Source: Abditibacteriaceae bacterium (GTDB lineage: Bacteria; Armatimonadota; Abditibacteriia; Abditibacteriales; Abditibacteriaceae). Taken from it: a stretch of DNA of 64,000 nucleotides. Under the pieces are notes generated by a model. That model ran no database searches, was not told the origin of the DNA, and saw nothing but the letters and a program-made list of their open reading frames with translations. Of the stretch, positions 59,406 to 64,000 are shown one piece after another; within the stretch, counting starts at the first letter, position 1, and each line of letters begins with the position of its first letter. A program made the position numbers and the translations under genes. Location of the stretch: positions 2,112,001 through 2,176,000 of the forward strand of contig OZ255721.1 of the NCBI GenBank assembly GCA_965277285.1. The letters are read 5' to 3'.

Positions 59406-60566
59406 TCAACTTTTTTGTTCATCACTACTATCTAATAATGCAACTTTAAACTCGCGGTAGATGGCTAAAGGCCGCATGAGCAGTTCTGACCGCGCATTGC
59501 TCTCGAAAAACATCTTGTCAAAGGCTGCTGATCGTTTAAACAGACCTCTTACCGGGTCTCGCAAAGACGGGTTTTCTTCCTTTTGCGCCTGCGCTTTCAT
59601 CCGTTCGACCAGAGGAACCAACGGATCATTTACTTCTACTGTTTGCACCTCGCCGCTTACATCGTTTTCGGTGGCGAGCGTATTAATTTCGGGAGTTGCT
59701 GGAAGTTTCTCAGCTTCCTCAACCTCTGGAATCTTGGTTCCTGGCACATAAGTTATTTGTCCGACCATCACCCACTCTGCGGCTATAAAATTGCCGAAAA
59801 GAGCACGTAAATAATCCGGATTGAGGCGCAAAAATTGACGGTCTATAATGCCTCGAAAAACGACTTCGCTGTCGTCCGGAACAATAGTAATTTCAAAACC
59901 GTTTGGATAAAAGAAATCGAACCAACTTGCAAAGTAATCCAACAATTTCTGATCGAGTAACAAATTGCTGCCTTTCTGCACCAGCCTGACTACTTCAGTC
60001 GCCTCCAACAAACCCGAAAACACGGCTTTTTGTTTTTGTAGCTCCGTTTTTTCTGGCCCCTTGGCCGTGCGCATTTGGCGCTCTATCGTTTTCAGATAGT
60101 CATGCTTCTCCAAGATAATTTTAACGTTTTCATCATTGCTTATAGCTGCATAGGCGATGGCTTCGGTTAGTTGATTGAACTTTTGAGTAAAGTCGCGGAT
60201 TCGGTTGTAGTCTTCAATTTCAACCTTACCGCGAACTTTCACAAGAAAGGCGCTACTGATTTGGTCTATATTTTCTTTGTCAAGACTTTTAAGTTGAGTG
60301 ACCGCTTTGCCTACACGCTCTTCAAAGCGGTTGTAAATATGGTCATGGAGTATTCTGTTTTTGGTTTGGGAAGATGCTTCTACGACCTCTGTATCCAAGG
60401 CATCTCCAACTGCTTTTTTCAAACTGCCGGAACTGCTTCTGTCTGTGTCTTGGTTGCTGAAGGATTCTACAATTTCCTCTACAACGCCCTCGAAAACTTG
60501 GGAGTAAAGCGAGTACAGGTTGTCAGTATCGAGATACATGAAGTCACGAACAGTTTTAGAGGCCAT
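59406..60566 (-). CDS. DUF6414-like protein
   Basis: RDFMYLD...SLYSQ..EG N-terminus and RPLAIYRE C-terminus, recalled rather than searched. Confidence 0.6.
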   Translation of the reverse strand: MASKTVRDFMYLDTDNLYSLYSQVFEGVVEEIVESFSNQDTDRSSSGSLKKAVGDALDTEVVEASSQTKNRILHDHIYNRFEERVGKAVTQLKSLDKENIDQISSAFLVKVRGKVEIEDYNRIRDFTQKFNQLTEAIAYAAISNDENVKIILEKHDYLKTIERQMRTAKGPEKTELQKQKAVFSGLLEATEVVRLVQKGSNLLLDQKLLDYFASWFDFFYPNGFEITIVPDDSEVVFRGIIDRQFLRLNPDYLRALFGNFIAAEWVMVGQITYVPGTKIPEVEEAEKLPATPEINTLATENDVSGEVQTVEVNDPLVPLVERMKAQAQKEENPSLRDPVRGLFKRSAAFDKMFFESNARSELLMRPLAIYREFKVALLDSSDEQKS

Positions 60567-60753
60567 TTTGCTTGGTTTCCTTGATTTGCGATTGAACGCG
60601 CGCGCGCTTTTCCATGAACTCGATACGTCGCTCTATATATTCTATTTGCTTGCGCCGTAACAACGCTTCAGCAACGAATATCACGACAGATACTCCTGCC
60701 GAACAGGTCACAGCGGTTACGATTTCAATAACATGAACTATTGGAGTTTTCAT
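60556..60753 (-). CDS. Small membrane protein
   Basis: Single TM; overlaps both neighbours. Confidence 0.45.
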   Translation of the reverse strand: MKTPIVHVIEIVTAVTCSAGVSVVIFVAEALLRRKQIEYIERRIEFMEKRARVQSQIKETKQNGL

Positions 60754-61229
60754 GCTCTTCCCTGCACTTTGGCCACGAAAAACCTACACAAAGCACTCGC
60801 TGGGATATATACAATAGCAAGCCAAATACCGCCTTGATGAAGACCTTGCCGCAGGCTCACATCACTTTTATCTATTTGACTATCGTTTACGGTGTATAGC
60901 AGAACTCCGTAGAAAACTGCAGAAACAAGAAGTCCTAAAAGCGTGACCCAAAACATCATGCTCCAAAGCAAATCTTTTTGCATGTCCTTTTTCGTGTTCA
61001 CTATATCGGAGAGGCTTGTAACAGTAAGAACTACTATTAAAAATAGCAAATCAGTAGATTTAGACCAATCAACAGGCTGATTCTTTAAGTGGAATAAAAT
61101 CCAGACAATTGCCAAGGGAAGCAAGGGAAGCACAACATTTACCATCGTCCAACCAAGTAGGTTGACCGCAATAGATACACCTTTAGATTCTTCCTCTGCG
61201 TTCAACGGCGGGTCTACTGAATTGGTCAA
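60750..61229 (-). CDS. Four-TM membrane protein
   Basis: Four hydrophobic segments; translationally coupled to neighbours. Confidence 0.6.
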   Translation of the reverse strand: MTNSVDPPLNAEEESKGVSIAVNLLGWTMVNVVLPLLPLAIVWILFHLKNQPVDWSKSTDLLFLIVVLTVTSLSDIVNTKKDMQKDLLWSMMFWVTLLGLLVSAVFYGVLLYTVNDSQIDKSDVSLRQGLHQGGIWLAIVYIPASALCRFFVAKVQGRA

Positions 61230-61609
61230 GTGCCACTTCCTTGTGCAACTGCCTTACGTTTTTCCCAACGTCGGGCTTGCGCCTCTGCGATGCGCGCTTT
61301 GTGTTCCTCTGACAGCGCAGAACCTTTGGGCCGACCGCCACGACCTTTAGCACCTTTCCGATCTTTATAGCGTGTTGGCTGGTATTCCTTCACCGATCTC
61401 GCTGTGAGTGCGACGCGATTCAACGCGCTCACAGCCTCTAAGCGTCCTTCTGCAATGGCTTTATAAATTGTCGCTTGCGTCACGCCCTTGAGCTGCGCGA
61501 CTTGCGCCGCTGTGAACAGGTGCGCGTCTTCGTTTTCGGCATTAAGAGCGCCGACAAAGTGCTTCTTTCCATTTATCACAACTTCGTATGCCTCTCCGCT
61601 GGCAGCCAT
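61226..61609 (-). CDS. HTH_17/excisionase-like DNA-binding protein with NUMOD3-like tail
   Basis: FTAAQVAQLKGVTQATIYKAIAEGRL; SEEHKARIAEA; divergent from the integrase. Confidence 0.65.
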   Translation of the reverse strand: MAASGEAYEVVINGKKHFVGALNAENEDAHLFTAAQVAQLKGVTQATIYKAIAEGRLEAVSALNRVALTARSVKEYQPTRYKDRKGAKGRGGRPKGSALSEEHKARIAEAQARRWEKRKAVAQGSGT

Positions 61610-61681
61610 TTACCGCGCTCCCGTCAACCTTGATTCGTTTCTGCCGTGCTTAATTATACTGGCGTCACTATACTCAAAGAG

Positions 61682-61710
61682 TTGATAAAAAATAACTTAT
61701 TGTGTATAAT
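61682..61710 (+). promoter_or_regulatory. Sigma70-type promoter of the integrase
   Basis: TTGATA-17 bp-TATAAT; AGGAG RBS near 61750. Confidence 0.65.
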
Positions 61711-61761
61711 TAAAGTGCGCCTTCGTTCGGACGCATAAACCATAACTTTAGGAGCGACGGC

Positions 61762-63510
61762 ATGATTAGCAAACCAATAAACCGCAAACCAATTAAAGAA
61801 GAGTTGCGCGCCGTGTTGTATGGCCGCGTGAGCGATGCATCACAGGTAGAGGGAACAAGCCTTGCTGAACAGCACGCGGCTTGTACGACTAAAGCCCAGC
61901 ACCTTAACGCACAGGTTGTAGGTTATTATGAGGACGCCGGAGTGAGCGGCGGTTTGTATCTTGCGCGGCCTGGCATCCAAGCGGCGCTGGCCGATCTGGA
62001 AAGCGGCAAAGCCAATGTGCTTATCATTGCCAAGCTCGACCGCTACAGCCGCGACCGTGAGCATCAGACGGCTATTAAGAAGCGCGTTGAATTAGCGGGC
62101 GCACGTTTGATATTTTGCGATGTTGATTTTGCCGACACGCCCGAAGGCGATTTACAGTTTGGGATTTTGGGCAGTTTTGCAGAATACGAGCGCAAAGTGA
62201 TTCGTGAAAGGTGCATGAAAGGCGCGCGTCGGCGTGCGCTCGAAGGCATACAGACAAAAACAGCGTTTGCGCCTTTTGGTTACTACATTCCTAACAAGAG
62301 CGACGTATTTCTTGGTGCTTACGCAGGCGATCAATACGGTAAGTACCAAATCGTTGAGGAACAAGCTGCAATTGTTCGCTCTGTTTTCGAGAAGATCGAG
62401 AACGGCGATTCTATGCACGCCGTCGCGCGTTGGCTCAACGAACAGGGAACCGCTACGCCGCGCAACGGCGAGTACTGGCGTTGCTCCACACTCAAGCGCA
62501 TCATTAACAACCCAGTCTACAAAGGCAAAGCGCCGTATGGTCGGCATCAAAAGTTTCACGATGAGAGCCGCTTAAAAGAAGGTTTCAAACAGCCCTTTGT
62601 CTTGCGTGAGCGACCGGCAGAAGATTGGATTTATATTGATTGCCCTGCTCTTGTATCTGAGAAAACTTGGGACGTGTGCCAAGAGATTTTGCAAGGTAAC
62701 AAATCACGGCATGGCGGACGACCAGAACGCCGATACACTCTTTCCGGCTTGTTACGTTGCCCGAAGTGCAACCGCACCATGCACGCGACAAAGCGAATTA
62801 AAAAACGCTCACCCGGCCAAATCGCCAAGGGGTCTGGCAAACACCCTTATCTTGATTACCGCTATGCGTGCCGTGATTCACGACCAAGCCGTAATACAGG
62901 CGGCTGCCAATGCAATGCTCGCAACTATTCAGGCAACAAAGCTGAGCGTTGTGTGTTTGAGGCAGTTAAATACGCCGCACAGCAAACCGAAACTACCGCT
63001 GCTGCACTGCAAGCATTTTACAATGCCAAACGCACCGATTTTTCTGCCAGTGAGTACAACGAACTTGAACGAAAGCTAAAAGAACTGGAACGGCGCGAGG
63101 GGGCGACCATCGAGGCGCAGATTCGCGGGCTTACGATTGGCGCAAATGTCTCTGTTTACGAAGACATTTTGCGGCAAATCGCCAAACAGCGCACCGAAGC
63201 CAAGCACAAGCTTGAAGAAGTCGCTCAGCAGCGCGTGAGCGTTACAGATGCCGATTGCATGGATGCCGCGCAAATTATTTCACAGGCATTGCAAGCCGTC
63301 GAAGAAGTATTTGAAGTGCCGGAATTAACGGACGGCGAAAAGCGTGATTTTTTGGCGCGCGTTGTGGACAGTGTATATCCAACCGACGATCTTGAAACTT
63401 ACGCCGTCAACCTCAAACCATTCACACACGATGCTTTAACTGTTGCGAATGTTAGCAGATTGTGTCCACCGGCAGCAGCGACTTCGAGCGCGCGCTTGAC
63501 GCTTTCCTGA
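61762..63510 (+). CDS. Large serine recombinase (integrase)
   Basis: YGRVS, DAGVSG...RPG, LDRYSR, FAEYER, recombinase domain NPVYKG, LSGLLRCPKC zinc ribbon, coiled coil; ORF runs across the att junction. Confidence 0.95.
   Translation: MISKPINRKPIKEELRAVLYGRVSDASQVEGTSLAEQHAACTTKAQHLNAQVVGYYEDAGVSGGLYLARPGIQAALADLESGKANVLIIAKLDRYSRDREHQTAIKKRVELAGARLIFCDVDFADTPEGDLQFGILGSFAEYERKVIRERCMKGARRRALEGIQTKTAFAPFGYYIPNKSDVFLGAYAGDQYGKYQIVEEQAAIVRSVFEKIENGDSMHAVARWLNEQGTATPRNGEYWRCSTLKRIINNPVYKGKAPYGRHQKFHDESRLKEGFKQPFVLRERPAEDWIYIDCPALVSEKTWDVCQEILQGNKSRHGGRPERRYTLSGLLRCPKCNRTMHATKRIKKRSPGQIAKGSGKHPYLDYRYACRDSRPSRNTGGCQCNARNYSGNKAERCVFEAVKYAAQQTETTAAALQAFYNAKRTDFSASEYNELERKLKELERREGATIEAQIRGLTIGANVSVYEDILRQIAKQRTEAKHKLEEVAQQRVSVTDADCMDAAQIISQALQAVEEVFEVPELTDGEKRDFLARVVDSVYPTDDLETYAVNLKPFTHDALTVANVSRLCPPAAATSSARLTLS
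63436..63455. other. att junction, right end of integrated element
   Basis: TTAACTGTTGCGA-ATGTT-AG. Confidence 0.85.
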
Positions 63511-64000
63511 CCTTTGACATCCGACCAATCGGCTTCGCATGGAGCGCGTTCCAGTTCTTCTTGCACGGGCAACGGTGCCAATGGTTCACGATTGCCCTGC
63601 GCCAAAAGCTCGACTGCATCGGCCAAACTCTTCACCGGAAAAACGCGCAACCCGTCCACTAAAGCCGCTTCGCGCGCGTTCGCTTCAGGCACGAAAAAAG
63701 CGTCCTTGCCAGCATCGCGCGCACCAATTGCCATCGGCAAAACGCCCGCCACAGGACGCACACTGCCGTCCAAACTCAGTTCGCCCACAGCAGCAAAGTT
63801 CGCAAAATGATCGTTGAGAATTTGCTCGTCGCCCAACAGCGTTCCCAGCGCAACGGGCAAATCGAAAATCGGGCCTTGCTTTTTCGTATCGGCAGGCGCC
63901 AAATTGACCGTGATGCGACGCAAAGGCCATGTGTAACCGCTATTTTTGACAGCCGCGCGGACGCGCTCGCCACTTTCGCGCACGCTCGCGTCCGGCAAGC
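63454..64000 (-). pseudogene. comM: comM/yifB 5' part (continues beyond window)
   Basis: LPDASVRES.ERV, RITVNLAPAD, FDLP, GELSLDG, DVKGQ...AAAGGHNL. Confidence 0.93.

Larger units (their letters stand above)
34479..63455. mobile_element. ~29 kb serine-integrase integrative element (satellite/IME-like) inserted in comM
   Basis: comM halves on both sides; symmetric att arms; large serine recombinase at the right end; primase-helicase; no virion or conjugation genes recognised. Confidence 0.9.

Noticed and set aside
34479..63455. Complete prophage or ICE
   Set aside because: No capsid, terminase, tail, lysis, relaxase or T4SS genes recognised
34479..63455. Integron integrase IntI
   Set aside because: No ORF with recognisable tyrosine recombinase motifs; the only site-specific recombinase is serine-type
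1..64000. tRNA or rRNA genes
   Set aside because: None recognised by eye; not excluded without tRNAscan/Infernal

Overview
Bacterial chromosomal window; the gene set suggests an Armatimonadota/Abditibacteriota-like host (inference only). Positions 1-33.5 kb are housekeeping: membrane protein, mtaB, glycerate kinase, the nusA-ylxR-infB-ylxP-rbfA-nrnA-truB-ribF operon, GH76, queG, a NYN protein, a pilM-N-O-P-secretin type IV pilus cluster, hisG and coaE. Positions 34479-63455 are a ~29 kb integrative element that splits comM. It has symmetric serine-integrase att arms and a CT crossover, and precise excision would restore comM and swap the integrase C-terminus. The element carries (i) an array of about 13 integron-type gene cassettes separated by attC sites, with no integron integrase in the window; (ii) a satellite-like HTH/primase-helicase/ori backbone; (iii) a defence region (type II R-M, OLD-family nuclease behind a second, opposite-strand attC) between ~135 bp direct repeats; and (iv) three IS elements. 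Across the window the palindrome (A)TCGAGTACTCGA(T) is extremely over-represented (26 exact 12-mers counted by eye plus many near matches). It also occurs inside conserved proteins, like a HIP1-type highly iterated palindrome.
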